From assembly GCA_050246595.1 (NCBI GenBank), contig JBFWVT010000021.1, forward strand, positions 822 through 64,821: a DNA stretch of 64,000 nucleotides, written 5' to 3'. Shown piece by piece: positions 20,056 through 29,735 of this stretch. The notes under the pieces are model-generated. The model was not told the DNA's origin. It did not search any database and saw only the letters and a program-made list of their open reading frames with translations. The first letter of the stretch is position 1. Every line of letters starts with the position of its first letter. The translations under genes were made by a program, and so were the position numbers. This stretch comes from Alphaproteobacteria bacterium. GTDB taxonomy: Bacteria > Pseudomonadota > Alphaproteobacteria > ATCC43930 > CGMCC-115725.

Positions 20056-20248
20056 GACGGTATTGCCTGAACTTCCAGGCAGGCTCCAAAAGCCGGTCGG
20101 GCCTCTGATCTCCTCGCCGGCCGGCGCACCTAGTGCTTCTCTGAGCAATGCCGCCGATTCGAGAGTGGACGACGCAAAGAGACTCGTCTTCCGGCCCGAC
20201 AACCTCTACAAGGGTGCACTTTCGGCACACCCGCTCCGCCGAAAGAAC

Positions 20249-21229
20249 ATGGCGCGACGGAAGCGAGCGTGGGAGGGAGCCTTGGGCGCTTATCTGGTTC
20301 GGCGTTTCGGCCTGATGCTGCTGACGCTGTTTGGCATCTCGGTCATCATCTTCCTGCTGCTGCGTATGACGCCGGGCAATATCGCCGACATCCTGTTCGA
20401 TGCCGGCGGGTTCGTCGACCCGGCTGACAAGGCGCGTATCGAAAGAGATCTCGGTCTCGACCAGCCCCTCCCGGTGCAATACTTCCGCTGGGTCGGCGGG
20501 CTTCTGCAGGGTGACCTCGGGATCTCGTATCAGACCGAACGCCCGGCCATCGACGAGATCGCGCCCCGCATTCCGATCACCGCCACCCTTGCGGTGCTGG
20601 CGTTGTTCTTCTCCATCCTCTTCGGGGTGCCGCTCGGGGTAATCAGCGCGGTGCGCCAGAATACGAAGCTCGACTATGCGCTGAGGGTCATCAGCCTATC
20701 CGGTCTGTCGATGCCGTCCTTCTGGCTCGGTCTGCTGATCCTGATGGCCTTTGTCGCCTATGCCGGCACAATCCCGATCTACAGCGACCAGCCGTCCAGC
20801 TTCTGGCATTGGCTGATGATCTACAGCGTGCCGGCGGCCGCGGTCGGGTTCCGCAGCTCGGCGCTGCTGATGCGGATGACACGCTCGTCAATGCTCGAGG
20901 TGCTGCGCCAGGACTACATCCGCACAGCGCGCTCGAAGGGGGCATCCGAGCAGATGATCAACTATTACCACGCCTTGAAGAATGCGATGCTGCCGGTTGT
21001 CACACTGATCGGTATCGAGGCGGCGTTTCTGCTGGGTGGTCTGATCGTGACCGAAACCGTTTTCAACATTCCCGGCGTAGCACGATTTTTGGTCGAGGCG
21101 GTCCGCTGGCGCGACTATCCAATGGTGCAGAACCTCGTGATGTTCATCGCGATCGTCGTCGTAACCGTGAATTTTGTCGTCGACATGCTGTATGCGGCGC
21201 TCGACCCGCGTATCAAATATGCCGACTAG
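20249..21229 (+). CDS. ABC transporter permease (DppB/OppB type)
   Basis: Start at ATG 20249 (MARRKRAWEGALGAYLVRRFGLMLLTLFGISVIIFLLLRM). Six predicted TM segments and the permease loop IRTARSKGASEQMINYYHALKNAMLPVVT. Confidence 0.88.
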   Translation: MARRKRAWEGALGAYLVRRFGLMLLTLFGISVIIFLLLRMTPGNIADILFDAGGFVDPADKARIERDLGLDQPLPVQYFRWVGGLLQGDLGISYQTERPAIDEIAPRIPITATLAVLALFFSILFGVPLGVISAVRQNTKLDYALRVISLSGLSMPSFWLGLLILMAFVAYAGTIPIYSDQPSSFWHWLMIYSVPAAAVGFRSSALLMRMTRSSMLEVLRQDYIRTARSKGASEQMINYYHALKNAMLPVVTLIGIEAAFLLGGLIVTETVFNIPGVARFLVEAVRWRDYPMVQNLVMFIAIVVVTVNFVVDMLYAALDPRIKYAD

Positions 21230-21263
21230 GCATCCCTGACGTCTCGCGATCGGGAGATCGACA

Positions 21264-22157
21264 GTGAGCACGACCGAATATCAGGCCGAATTAACGAGGG
21301 CCGGCGCCAACGTAAAGAGCCGCTGGGACGCCATCCGCTTCTTCGTCCGGCGCTATCCGCTCGGCGCGGCCGGCGCGGTCATTATGGCCATTTTTCTGTT
21401 CGCGGCGGCTTTCGCGCCGTACATCACGTCTTACGACCCGTTGTCGACCAATGCCGCGGCCTCGCTCGCGCCACCGGGCTGGGAACACTGGCTCGGCGCC
21501 GATTTCATGGGACGCGACGTGTACAGCCGCATCGTCTACGGGGCGCGCATCTCGCTTGCGGTCGCGGTCGGCGCAATGGCGCTGGGCAGCACGATCGGCG
21601 TCATTGTCGGCCTGCTGTCCGGCTATCTGCTCGGCTGGTTCGATCTTGTCACGCAACGAATTCTCGAGATGATGCAGTCGCTGCCACTCCTGGTCCTGGC
21701 CATCATCATGGCCGCGGCGCTCGGACCCTCGCTGCACAACACGATCATCGCGATCGCAATCCCGCTCGTGCCGTATGTCGCGCGCGTCATCCGTTCGAAC
21801 ACGCTCAGCCTGCGCGAGCAGCCGTTTGTCGAGGCGGCGAAGGCGACCGGCATGTCCGAGAAGCGCATCGCACTGCGCCACATCCTGCCGAATACGCTGG
21901 CTCCGCTGATCGTGCTGGCGACGGCGCAGATCGGCTCGGCGATCCTGATCGAGTCGTCACTGTCCTTCCTCGGTCTCGGTGTCCCCGAACCGCATCCGTC
22001 TTGGGGCCGTATGCTGTCGGAATCGGCGGCCGAATACGTGCGGACAGCGCCATGGCTGGTGATCTTTCCGGGCGTTGCGATCAGCTTTGTCGTGTTCGGT
22101 ACCAACCTGCTCGGCGACGCGCTGCGCGACCTGCTCGATCCGCGGCAGCGCAGCTAG
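21264..22157 (+). CDS. ABC transporter permease (DppC/OppC type)
   Basis: 297 aa with permease loop VEAAKATGMSEKRIALRHILPNTLAPLIV. Confidence 0.88.
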   Translation: MSTTEYQAELTRAGANVKSRWDAIRFFVRRYPLGAAGAVIMAIFLFAAAFAPYITSYDPLSTNAAASLAPPGWEHWLGADFMGRDVYSRIVYGARISLAVAVGAMALGSTIGVIVGLLSGYLLGWFDLVTQRILEMMQSLPLLVLAIIMAAALGPSLHNTIIAIAIPLVPYVARVIRSNTLSLREQPFVEAAKATGMSEKRIALRHILPNTLAPLIVLATAQIGSAILIESSLSFLGLGVPEPHPSWGRMLSESAAEYVRTAPWLVIFPGVAISFVVFGTNLLGDALRDLLDPRQRS

Positions 22158-22184
22158 TCGTAACGCAATGCACACACTATCTCT

Positions 22185-22207
22185 CTCCTCCGCCCCTGGC
22201 GGAGGGG
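22185..22207. repeat. REP hairpin (CCTCCGCC / GGCGGAGG)
   Basis: cctccgcccctggcggagg lies in the short gap between the second permease gene and the first ATPase gene. Confidence 0.5.
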
Positions 22208-22238
22208 ACGCGGGGGTCAGCAATTTGAGAGGAATGAC

Positions 22239-23306
22239 TTGGCGATAGGCACCGAAACACGGCCCGCCGACTACACGGCGTTGCGGCATCCCGGCCACAA
22301 CGCCGAGAACGTGGTCGAGGTAGACGGGCTGCGAACCTACCTGTTCACCCGCGGCGGGGTCGTAAAGGCCGTCGACGATGTCTCGTTCAATGTGCGCGGA
22401 TCCGAGACACTGGCGATCGTGGGCGAGTCCGGCTGCGGCAAAACCATGACGGCCCTGTCGCTGCTGCGCCTGGTGCCGAACCCGCCAGGGCGCATCGTCG
22501 ACGGTTCGATCAAGATCGACGGCCGCGACATCGTGAAGCTCAGCGATGCCGAGATGCGCCAGATCCGCGGTAACGAGATCTCGATGATCTTCCAGGAGCC
22601 GATGACGTCGCTGAACCCGGTCATGACAATCGGCGCCCAGATCAGCGAGACAATCCGGCTGCATCAGGACATGTCCAAATCGGCCGCGATGGAAAGAGCG
22701 GTCGAGATGCTGCGGCTGGTCAAGATCCCCGAGCCGGCCCAGCGCGCCCGGGAATACCCGCATCAACTCTCGGGCGGCATGCGGCAACGCGCGATGATCG
22801 CAATGGCGCTGTCGTGCAACCCGCGCGTGCTGATCGCCGACGAGCCGACGACCGCGCTCGACGTGACGATCCAGGCGCAAATACTCGACCTGATCCTTGA
22901 TCTGCAGAACACGCTCGGCACCGCGGTCGTGCTGATCACGCACGACCTCGCGGTCGTCGCCGAAACGGCACAGCGCGTCATCGTCATGTATGCCGGCAAG
23001 AAGGTCGAGGAAGCCGATGTCGAGGAGCTGTTCGAGGCGCCGCTGCACCCCTACACGCACGGGCTGCTCGGCTCAATCCCGCATCTCGCGATCATTGCCG
23101 GCGAAGCGGCGGCTGCGGAATCTGCTGGTCGGCTTCAGGAAATCCCCGGCATGGTTCCGGCCCTGACCAACCTGCCACCGGGCTGTCCGTTCGCACCGCG
23201 CTGCCCGTTCGCCGACGATCAATGCCGGACGCACTTTCCGCCTTATGAACAGAAGCGGCCGAGCCATTGGGCCGCATGCTGGCATTCGGAGAAGCTTTAT
23301 GGCTGA
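22239..23306 (+). CDS. ABC transporter ATP-binding protein (DppD/OppD type)
   Basis: Walker A GESGCGKT, signature LSGGMRQR, Walker [12 protein letters not shown], and a C-terminal oligopeptide-transporter domain (CPFAPRCPF). Confidence 0.9.
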   Translation: MAIGTETRPADYTALRHPGHNAENVVEVDGLRTYLFTRGGVVKAVDDVSFNVRGSETLAIVGESGCGKTMTALSLLRLVPNPPGRIVDGSIKIDGRDIVKLSDAEMRQIRGNEISMIFQEPMTSLNPVMTIGAQISETIRLHQDMSKSAAMERAVEMLRLVKIPEPAQRAREYPHQLSGGMRQRAMIAMALSCNPRVLIADEPTTALDVTIQAQILDLILDLQNTLGTAVVLITHDLAVVAETAQRVIVMYAGKKVEEADVEELFEAPLHPYTHGLLGSIPHLAIIAGEAAAAESAGRLQEIPGMVPALTNLPPGCPFAPRCPFADDQCRTHFPPYEQKRPSHWAACWHSEKLYG

Positions 23307-24324
23307 TGTGGCCACAATCAATCGCCCCGTAACGGCCGCTGGTCCCGGCCACAACAGGCCACCGGTGCTCGAAGCGATCGATTTGAAGAAGCACTTCCCG
23401 GTCAAGAAAGGAATCCTTCGCAAGACCGTCGGACAGGTCTACGCGGTCGATGGCGTCACGTTCTCGATCGGCGAGGGCGAGACCCTGGGCATGGTAGGCG
23501 AAAGCGGATGCGGCAAGTCGACTGTCGCGCGCACAGTGCTGCGCCTGGTCGAACCGACCTCGGGGTCGATCCGGCTTGATGGTCATGATGTAACCCGGCT
23601 TGGGAAATCGGAGCTGCGGCCCTATCGCCGTCAGATGCAGATGATCTTTCAGGACCCGTTCTCGTCGCTGAACCCGCGCATGTCGGCGGGCGACATCGTC
23701 GGCGAGCCGCTGCTCGTACACGGGCTTGCAAACGGCAAAGAGCGAGAACAGCAGGTCGCCGACATCTTCGATCAGGTCGGCCTGCGGCGCGCGCAGATGA
23801 AGGCGTTTCCGCACGAATTCTCCGGCGGCCAGCGCCAGCGCATCTCGATTGCGCGAGCGCTGGCGCTGAACCCGAAACTGATCGTCGCCGACGAGCCGGT
23901 CTCGGCGCTCGACGTGTCGATCCAGGCGCAGGTCATCAATCTGATGATGGATCTGCAGAGCGAAAAGCGGCTGTCCTATCTGTTCATCGCGCACGATCTC
24001 GCGGTCGTCGAGCACATCAGCCATCGCATCGCAGTTATGTATCTCGGCAAGATCGTCGAATACGCCGACAAGCGTACGCTGTTCACAAACCCGCAGCATC
24101 CCTATACCGAGGCGCTGCTCTCGGCGGTACCGGTGCCGAACCCAAAATTGAAACGGGCCAAGCGGCTGCTGCAAGGCGACGTGCCGAGCCCGATCAATCC
24201 TCCACCGGGTTGCACGTTCCATACAAGGTGCCCCTATGCCGAGGCGCGCTGTAAGGTCGAGGTGCCGAAACTGACCGAAATCAGCCCCGGCCACGGCGTC
24301 TCCTGCCATTTGCGGGTGAATTGA
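23299..24324 (+). CDS. ABC transporter ATP-binding protein (DppF/OppF type)
   Basis: Start at ATG 23299, an 8-nt overlap with the previous gene. Walker [17 protein letters not shown] and [12 protein letters not shown]. Confidence 0.9.
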   Translation: MADVATINRPVTAAGPGHNRPPVLEAIDLKKHFPVKKGILRKTVGQVYAVDGVTFSIGEGETLGMVGESGCGKSTVARTVLRLVEPTSGSIRLDGHDVTRLGKSELRPYRRQMQMIFQDPFSSLNPRMSAGDIVGEPLLVHGLANGKEREQQVADIFDQVGLRRAQMKAFPHEFSGGQRQRISIARALALNPKLIVADEPVSALDVSIQAQVINLMMDLQSEKRLSYLFIAHDLAVVEHISHRIAVMYLGKIVEYADKRTLFTNPQHPYTEALLSAVPVPNPKLKRAKRLLQGDVPSPINPPPGCTFHTRCPYAEARCKVEVPKLTEISPGHGVSCHLRVN

Positions 24325-24342
24325 GCAGGAACCAGCGGACAG

Positions 24343-24366
24343 CAACCCCTGGGTTGAAGTTTTTTT
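24343..24366 (+). terminator. Possible intrinsic terminator after the ABC operon
   Basis: Short stem CAACCC..GGGTTG (24343-24356) followed by a T7 run (24360-24366). The stem is weak. Confidence 0.35.
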
Positions 24367-24418
24367 GCACTCTCGGCGAAAGCCGGACCCGCGTCTCCAC
24401 ATGCGGGTTGCCGAAAAT

Positions 24419-24442
24419 GGGCCTCGGCTTTTGCCGAGGCTA
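24419..24442 (-). terminator. Hairpin downstream of the AAA+ ATPase gene (possible terminator)
   Basis: GCCTCGGC-TTTT-GCCGAGGC forms a perfect 8-bp stem. On the minus strand it is followed by CCATTTTCGG. Confidence 0.4.
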
Positions 24443-24500
24443 CACCGCTCCTGTGACCGCCCCAGACAGGAAACTGGGGCCGAGCTGCGATGCGGCGCGC

Positions 24501-25829
24501 TCACACCGCCGCCATTTCAGCACCGCGCGCCTCCTCGATATTGACATAGAGATTGGCCAGCGCTTCGCTCGCTAGCTCCTCAGTGAGACGCAACGGCAGA
24601 TTGAATGATTTGCATGCTTCGAGCACGTGGTCGCAGATGAAGCGCGGCTGATAGTACGCCAGCCCGAACGGGGTCAGCATCCTGACGATATAATCGAACA
24701 CCTCATCGCTGAATTCCAAGCCGCGCGATCGTACGACCGCCGAGAAAATTTGCCGATACTCGTCACGGGTTGGCTCGAATAGCTTGATTTTGTATTGGAT
24801 GCGGCGAAGGAATGCAGCATCCATCAGATCGGTAGGATGCAGATTTGTCGAGAACATCAGCAGGATGTCGAATGGCAGCGTAAAGCTGGTGCCGGTGTGC
24901 AGCTTCATAAAATCAACCTGGTTCTCCATCGGCACGATCCAGCGGTTCAGCAAATCGTTCGGCGCGAATTTTTGCCGACCGAAATCGTCGATCAGCATCA
25001 TCCCGTTAAACGCCTTGACATGCAGCGGCGCATCATAGAAGCGCGCCTCGACATTCCATTGCAGATCGAGCATATCGAGCGTCATCTCGCCGCCCGCCAT
25101 GACGACCGGGCGTGAGCACGCGACCCAGCGCCGGTCCGACATCTCCCGCTGCAGCCCCAGTTGGGTCGTTGCCGGCATCTGTGTTTCCCCCATGCGCGGC
25201 TGGTGAATCTGGGGGTCGAACACCTTGATGATCTGCCCGGCCACCTCGACGGCGTAAGGGATATGGACCGGGTTCTTGAACAGCCCGGCGATGCGCGTGG
25301 ATAATGTCGTCTTGCCGTTGCCCGGCGGCCCATAGAGCAGCACGCTGCGCCCGGCGTTGATCGCGGGCAGTAATCGGCGGATCATCTGTTCCGGCACGAC
25401 CAGACCGGCGAACCCGCGCCGCAGCGCCGTCTCATCGAGCATTTCATTCGTGATGCGCTGCTTTTCGATCTGGTCGCGATATGCTGCGAGCGAGACCGGC
25501 GTCGGCCCCATGTAAAGATTCTGCTCGAGCGCCTCGCGGGCGGCGTGACGGCCCGCTTCGGTCAGCGCATAGCGGGTGGACAACGCCAGATCACTGCTCG
25601 CGCCCGTCGCCCCGATCAGCCGCTGCTGTACGGCGGCCTCGACCAGCCGCTGCAGCACCCGGCGCGACAGTTTCATGTGCTCGGCCAAATCGAGGATCGT
25701 TTCGCAGGCCTCGACATGCATGAATTTCAGCATCAGGCAGAGCAGGTTGCGCTCCGAGATGCCGGTTTCCGCGACCGAGCCCGGGACCGGCGGCGCGCTG
25801 CTGCTTGGTGCGGCGATCTGTTCGGTCAT
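24501..25829 (-). CDS. Uncharacterised AAA+ ATPase with an N-terminal winged-helix-like domain
   Basis: Start at ATG 25829 (GGAG 7 nt upstream), 442 aa. Walker A LLYGPPGNGKTT, Walker B-like MMLIDDFGRQ, and AFLRRIQYKIKL. The N-terminal segment ILDLAEHMKLSRRVLQRLVEAAVQQRLI looks wHTH-like. Confidence 0.7.
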   Translation of the reverse strand: MTEQIAAPSSSAPPVPGSVAETGISERNLLCLMLKFMHVEACETILDLAEHMKLSRRVLQRLVEAAVQQRLIGATGASSDLALSTRYALTEAGRHAAREALEQNLYMGPTPVSLAAYRDQIEKQRITNEMLDETALRRGFAGLVVPEQMIRRLLPAINAGRSVLLYGPPGNGKTTLSTRIAGLFKNPVHIPYAVEVAGQIIKVFDPQIHQPRMGETQMPATTQLGLQREMSDRRWVACSRPVVMAGGEMTLDMLDLQWNVEARFYDAPLHVKAFNGMMLIDDFGRQKFAPNDLLNRWIVPMENQVDFMKLHTGTSFTLPFDILLMFSTNLHPTDLMDAAFLRRIQYKIKLFEPTRDEYRQIFSAVVRSRGLEFSDEVFDYIVRMLTPFGLAYYQPRFICDHVLEACKSFNLPLRLTEELASEALANLYVNIEEARGAEMAAV

Positions 25830-26125
25830 GACCAGCTCCATAGCGATCAGGTTGCCGCGCAATCGCCTGCCTTCTCGCGCTATCGCGCGGTGGCCGCCGC
25901 GATGTCGGCCTGCGTCGCCAGCCATTGCGCGATAAGCATGTCGCCCAGCTGCATCGCTGCATCCTCTGGCGCGTCTGACGGTTCTGGATTGTCGCCGGTT
26001 GCGGTTGATAAACCGCTAACCGCCATGCCGCTCCCGCGCACGATTGGCAGTGATTGCCGAAGCGGACGGGTTTGCCGCAGAATTGCGTCCCAGCGCTTGC
26101 GGAAGCCGTGCCGGAGGGGAATTTC

Positions 26126-26890
26126 ATGGACCTGTTCGATCTTTCCGGGCGCGTCGCGGTCGTCACCGGCGGCAATGGCGGCATCGGGCTCGGCATGGCC
26201 GAGGGCTTGGCAAAGGCCGGCGCGTCCGTCATTGTCGCGGCGCGCAACCGTGAGAAATCGGAGAAAGCAGTCGCGAGGCTGGCGGCTTTGGGGGCGGCGA
26301 GCGCGTTCATTCCGCTTGATGTGGCCGATCCGGGGTCATGCCGCGAGATGGTGCGACGCGCCGTCGAGCGCTTCGGCCGGCTCGACATTCTGGTCAACAA
26401 CGCCGGCATGTCGATCCGCAAGCCGCCGCAGGATTACGCCGTCGCGGAATGGCATGCCGTGCTCGACACCAACCTGACCGGGCCGCTGGTGTGCTGTCAG
26501 GCGGCCTATCCGGTCATGAAAGGACAGGGCGGCGGCAAAATCATCAATATCGGGTCGATGATGTCGATCTTCGGGGCCGCCTATGCCGCGGCCTATGCCG
26601 CCAGCAAAGGGGCGATCGTGCAGTTGACCCGGTCGCTGGCGACCGCCTGGGCCAAGGACAATATCCAGGTCAACGCGGTATTGCCGGGCTGGATCGACAC
26701 CGAGCTGACGATCGCGGCGCGCCGGCAGGTCGAGGGTCTCAACGAGCGCATCCTGCGCCGCACCCCGGCCGGGCGCTGGGGCGTACCGACCGACATGGAA
26801 GGGATTGCCGTGTTCCTCGCCGCCCCGGCCTCCGAGTTCGTGACCGGCGCGGCGATCCCGGTCGATGGCGGCTATTCGGTCGAGTTCTGA
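26126..26890 (+). CDS. Short-chain dehydrogenase/reductase (classical SDR, KduD/gluconate-5-dehydrogenase-like)
   Basis: Start at ATG 26126 (MDLFDLSGRVAVVTGGNGGIGLG, TGxxxGxG). NNAG motif and catalytic YAASKGA (YxxxK). Confidence 0.85.
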   Translation: MDLFDLSGRVAVVTGGNGGIGLGMAEGLAKAGASVIVAARNREKSEKAVARLAALGAASAFIPLDVADPGSCREMVRRAVERFGRLDILVNNAGMSIRKPPQDYAVAEWHAVLDTNLTGPLVCCQAAYPVMKGQGGGKIINIGSMMSIFGAAYAAAYAASKGAIVQLTRSLATAWAKDNIQVNAVLPGWIDTELTIAARRQVEGLNERILRRTPAGRWGVPTDMEGIAVFLAAPASEFVTGAAIPVDGGYSVEF

Positions 26891-26920
26891 CCCGAACCGC
26901 TGCTCCGGCGGCGGGGTCGC

Positions 26921-27149
26921 AATTCCCTGCTGGCAGGGAATTTTTGCGGCCCGCTTCCTGTCAGTAGAGATTCAGCTTTTGGTGGCAATGGCTTGCAGAG
27001 ATTCCCAGGGCCCGGAACAGGGAAGACGGGGCGGGCGAGCAAGGAGTTCTTTCACCGGAGCAGGCAAACTTCACGGAATTGTCGCCTGGGATCGCCATCC
27101 CGCCTCTCCATTCAGCCAGTATGAGAGGCAATTGCGGCGATTTTTGCGT
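26921..27149 (+). repeat. MITE-like dispersed repeat, copy B (~230 bp)
   Basis: Begins AATTCCCTGCTGGCAGGGAATTTTTGCGG, contains CCCGGAACAGGGAA, and ends TGCGGCGATTTTTGCGT. It is inverted relative to copy A (13109-13344). A terminal fragment GATTGCGGCGATTTTTGT recurs at 27770-27787. Confidence 0.6.
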
Positions 27150-27220
27150 TATCGGCACCGCGATGCGGGGGCGGGCGCGGGGCAAGCCGTCAACAGCGGC
27201 GCCGCGGGACCGCGGGCGGC

Positions 27221-27532
27221 TTAACCGCCTCTATCACCGCCGCCGCCGTCTCCTCCGCGGGTCCCATCGACGCTCGGCCCTTGCAAGGCCGGCGGCAGCG
27301 GTCCTTCGAGCTGTTCGAGTTCCCAGCGGTTTATCAATCCTTCCCGGTAAGCATCCCGCGGGGTCGGCGCAGGGATAGGATGGTACTGATAGGTGCCGCC
27401 GGGATAAGCCGCCGGCGGCCATTGCGGCCATTGCGGCGGGGCAGCAGCCGGCGAGGGGACCTGCGCCTGAACGGGGCTGATAAGGATGGCCGCGGTGGCG
27501 GCCAGCGTGACGCGGATCAAAAAATGTCTCAT
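27221..27532 (-). CDS. Small secreted Pro-rich protein, uncharacterised
   Basis: Start at ATG 27532 (MRHFLIRVTLAATAAILISPVQA signal peptide), 103 aa. Confidence 0.5.
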   Translation of the reverse strand: MRHFLIRVTLAATAAILISPVQAQVPSPAAAPPQWPQWPPAAYPGGTYQYHPIPAPTPRDAYREGLINRWELEQLEGPLPPALQGPSVDGTRGGDGGGGDRGG

Positions 27533-27703
27533 CCGGGTGCCCTTCTCACGACCAATTCGCATGCCCGTCAACGGGAGCACTCCGCCCGTCTCGGGTTTGC
27601 GTTGGTCGCGCCGCATAGTCAACGCTATACAGTCAAATTTTTCTCCCGAAGAATTTACCCCGATTGCCGCCGTGCCGCGAGATCGGAAAGCCGGTCACGC
27701 GCC

Positions 27704-27756
27704 ATTTTCCATAAGCCTGATGCGACTCCGGCCGGAAGCCGGGGGAGCCTAATCGC
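27704..27756 (+). repeat. Dispersed repeat 'R2', copy 1
   Basis: ATTTTCCATAAGCCTGATGCGACTCCGGCCGGAAGCCGGGGGAGCCTAATCGC. Related copies in the same orientation lie at 28570 and 29647. Confidence 0.55.
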
Positions 27757-27874
27757 TAACGTCCGAACGGATTGCGGCGATTTTTGTATCCATGGCACGT
27801 GATGAACAGAGCGGGCGCGGTTACTATTTAATCGTAGTATGATGGAGTGTGCGGCGCAGGAAAAGCGATTGCCG

Positions 27875-28084
27875 ATGAGTATCCAGATTTCACAGGAAAC
27901 CGCAGCGCGCCTTACCGCCGAGGCTCGGCGGCGGGGTATTACCGTGGACGCCTTGCTGGCGCGCCTCATCAGCGAACACACGGTGCTGACCAAACCGGCG
28001 CAACCCGCCGCCGCCTTGCCGGTCTGGCATCTCGGCGGCACGGGCGAGCTTCACCGGCGAGACATCTACAACGATGTCGGTTGA
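27875..28084 (+). CDS. vapB: Type II antitoxin (ribbon-helix-helix-like) paired with a PIN toxin
   Basis: Start at ATG 27875 (MSIQISQETAARLTAEARRRGITVDALLARLISEH), 69 aa. It overlaps the downstream PIN gene by 11 nt. Confidence 0.65.
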   Translation: MSIQISQETAARLTAEARRRGITVDALLARLISEHTVLTKPAQPAAALPVWHLGGTGELHRRDIYNDVG

Positions 28085-28511
28085 GCCGGGGATCGTCGAT
28101 ACGAATGTTCTGGTCTATGCGCTCGATGCCGATGCCCCGCAGCATGCCGCCGCCCGCGCCCTGCTCGATGCCGCTCGCGCCGATACAGCAGCAACCCTGT
28201 TTGTGACCACACAGATACTCTGCGAGTTCTACTCCATCGTGACCAATCCGCGCCGCGTGCGCATGCCGCGCACCACCGCCGAGGCCACGACCGCAATCTC
28301 CGATCTACTTACCTTTCTCCATGTGCTGCCCATCCCGGCGCACGCGGTTGACGGGTTGCTCGACCTGCTCCACCGTCGTCCAGTAATCGGCGGCGACGTG
28401 TTCGACTTGCAGATCATCGCGACCATGCAGGCGAACGGCATTCAGAGAATCTACACGTTCAACACCGCCGACTTCGATGGTTTTCCCGAGCTTTCGGTCA
28501 TCACGCCCTGA
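28074..28511 (+). CDS. vapC: PIN-domain ribonuclease toxin (VapC family)
   Basis: 145 aa. Acidic PIN residues in IVDTNVLVYAL, ILCEF, DVFDLQI and FNTADFD. Confidence 0.8.
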   Translation: MSVEPGIVDTNVLVYALDADAPQHAAARALLDAARADTAATLFVTTQILCEFYSIVTNPRRVRMPRTTAEATTAISDLLTFLHVLPIPAHAVDGLLDLLHRRPVIGGDVFDLQIIATMQANGIQRIYTFNTADFDGFPELSVITP

Positions 28512-28569
28512 TCGCCCGCACTGCCGCCAACCGCGCGCCGGGCTGATTTTCCTCAGGCCGGCTGCGCGT

Positions 28570-28675
28570 CATTTTCTAGAAACGGTCTTATGCGCTTCGG
28601 CCGGAAGCCGGGGTAAGCCCATCGCCCTCATGACAGCATGGGCTTCGCGTTACTCACCCATCCTACGCGCTGGGA
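28570..28675 (+). repeat. Dispersed repeat 'R2', copy 2 (with GGCTTCGCGTT-CTCA tail)
   Basis: ATTTTCTAGAAACGGTCTTATGCGCTTCGGCCGGAAGCCGGGGTAAGCCCATCGC...CATGGGCTTCGCGTTACTCACCCATCC. Confidence 0.55.
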
Positions 28676-28685
28676 GATAACAAAT

Positions 28686-29009
28686 ATGGGACGGATAGCA
28701 GTAATTGTCGTGACGGCGACCGTCTTGTTCGGTTGTGCCTCGGTTTCGGAAGTATATATGCCAGATGGTCGCAAGGGATACGTACTAAATTGCAGTGGAA
28801 TAGCTCGGGACTGGGGAATGTGTCTTAAAGCGGCAGGTGAGATGTGCCAAGCCAAGGGTTACGACATATTCATGCGCGACGCATCAACCGGATCGATCGC
28901 GAGTATTCAGGCGAGCGGCAACTTTAGTCCTTATAGCGGCTCATACGGTGCTTCTGGGTTTGGTAGCACAGTCTTTAATCGCGAACTGCTAGTTGCTTGC
29001 AAGAGCTAA
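28686..29009 (+). CDS. Small lipoprotein, uncharacterised (low-GC patch)
   Basis: Start at ATG 28686 (MGRIAVIVVTATVLFGCAS lipobox), 107 aa with 4 further Cys. A sampled line is 45% GC. Confidence 0.55.
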   Translation: MGRIAVIVVTATVLFGCASVSEVYMPDGRKGYVLNCSGIARDWGMCLKAAGEMCQAKGYDIFMRDASTGSIASIQASGNFSPYSGSYGASGFGSTVFNRELLVACKS

Positions 29010-29073
29010 AGCCTAGGATGACTTACAGCCGCTATCTTGCCGCAGAGAAATAGCGAATTCCGGCGCTCCTGAA

Positions 29074-29568
29074 ATGTGGGCAGCAACAGCTACCATCGTG
29101 CTTAGTGTCATTTCTGGTATTGGTGGCTGGTTATTGGCAAGATTTTTAGGCGAGCCTTACAAAGCTATCGAAGATCTCCGCCGCGAAACACAATACGCGT
29201 TGGTCATGTTCGGTAATATAGGTAAAAGTGCGTCAGATGAGGACCGTCAGAAAGCGGCAGGAGAGTTCCGGCGTATTGGTGTTGCACTTGTCTCTTATTA
29301 CGCTGCCGCACCCTGGCGCATGCGCCAGTTACGTCGTCACATATTCAAATGGAACATCGATCAGGCGGGTCGTCTTCTTATCAAGCTCAGCAACGATATT
29401 AGCGTGACCAGTGAAAACTTTGGCGGCTCCCTGCTGCGAGGTCGTGTTTACGAAATACGTAACCAACTAGGGCTTCCATCTCCTGATGATATCTCGCCTG
29501 GGGAGGCCCGCGCCCTATCAGATGACGGAGACGACGGTATTCCAGATTTTTTAAGAGAAAAGCGGTGA
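29074..29568 (+). CDS. Hypothetical membrane-anchored protein (low-GC patch)
   Basis: 164 aa with N-terminal TM helix MWAATATIVLSVISGIGGWLLARFL and an acidic C-terminus. I recognise no family. Confidence 0.45.
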   Translation: MWAATATIVLSVISGIGGWLLARFLGEPYKAIEDLRRETQYALVMFGNIGKSASDEDRQKAAGEFRRIGVALVSYYAAAPWRMRQLRRHIFKWNIDQAGRLLIKLSNDISVTSENFGGSLLRGRVYEIRNQLGLPSPDDISPGEARALSDDGDDGIPDFLREKR

Positions 29569-29646
29569 TGCTGCCTGACAGCGCCGAGCATTGCGCAAAT
29601 CACGGATAGGGGGTTCGGTAGCAACGGAACCAAAAGTTAAGAATGG

Positions 29647-29735
29647 ATTTTCCATAAGCGAGCTTGTGCGACTGCGGTCAGCTCGCCGCGGCACAACATC
29701 ATGGGCTTCGCGTTGCTCAGCCCATCGTCTTCGAA
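29647..29735 (+). repeat. Dispersed repeat 'R2', copy 3 (with GGCTTCGCGTTGCTCA tail)
   Basis: ATTTTCCATAAGCGAGCTTGTGCGACTGCGG...CATGGGCTTCGCGTTGCTCAGCCCATC. It overlaps the 3' end of recX. Confidence 0.55.

Noticed and set aside
28600-29600. Low-GC patches (also 10650-11650, 37270-37950, 62540-63030) as prophage, IS or integron remnants
   Set aside because: There are no integrase, transposase, attI/attC-like array, tRNA target or phage structural genes in or beside any patch. They are reported only as low-GC accessory inserts.
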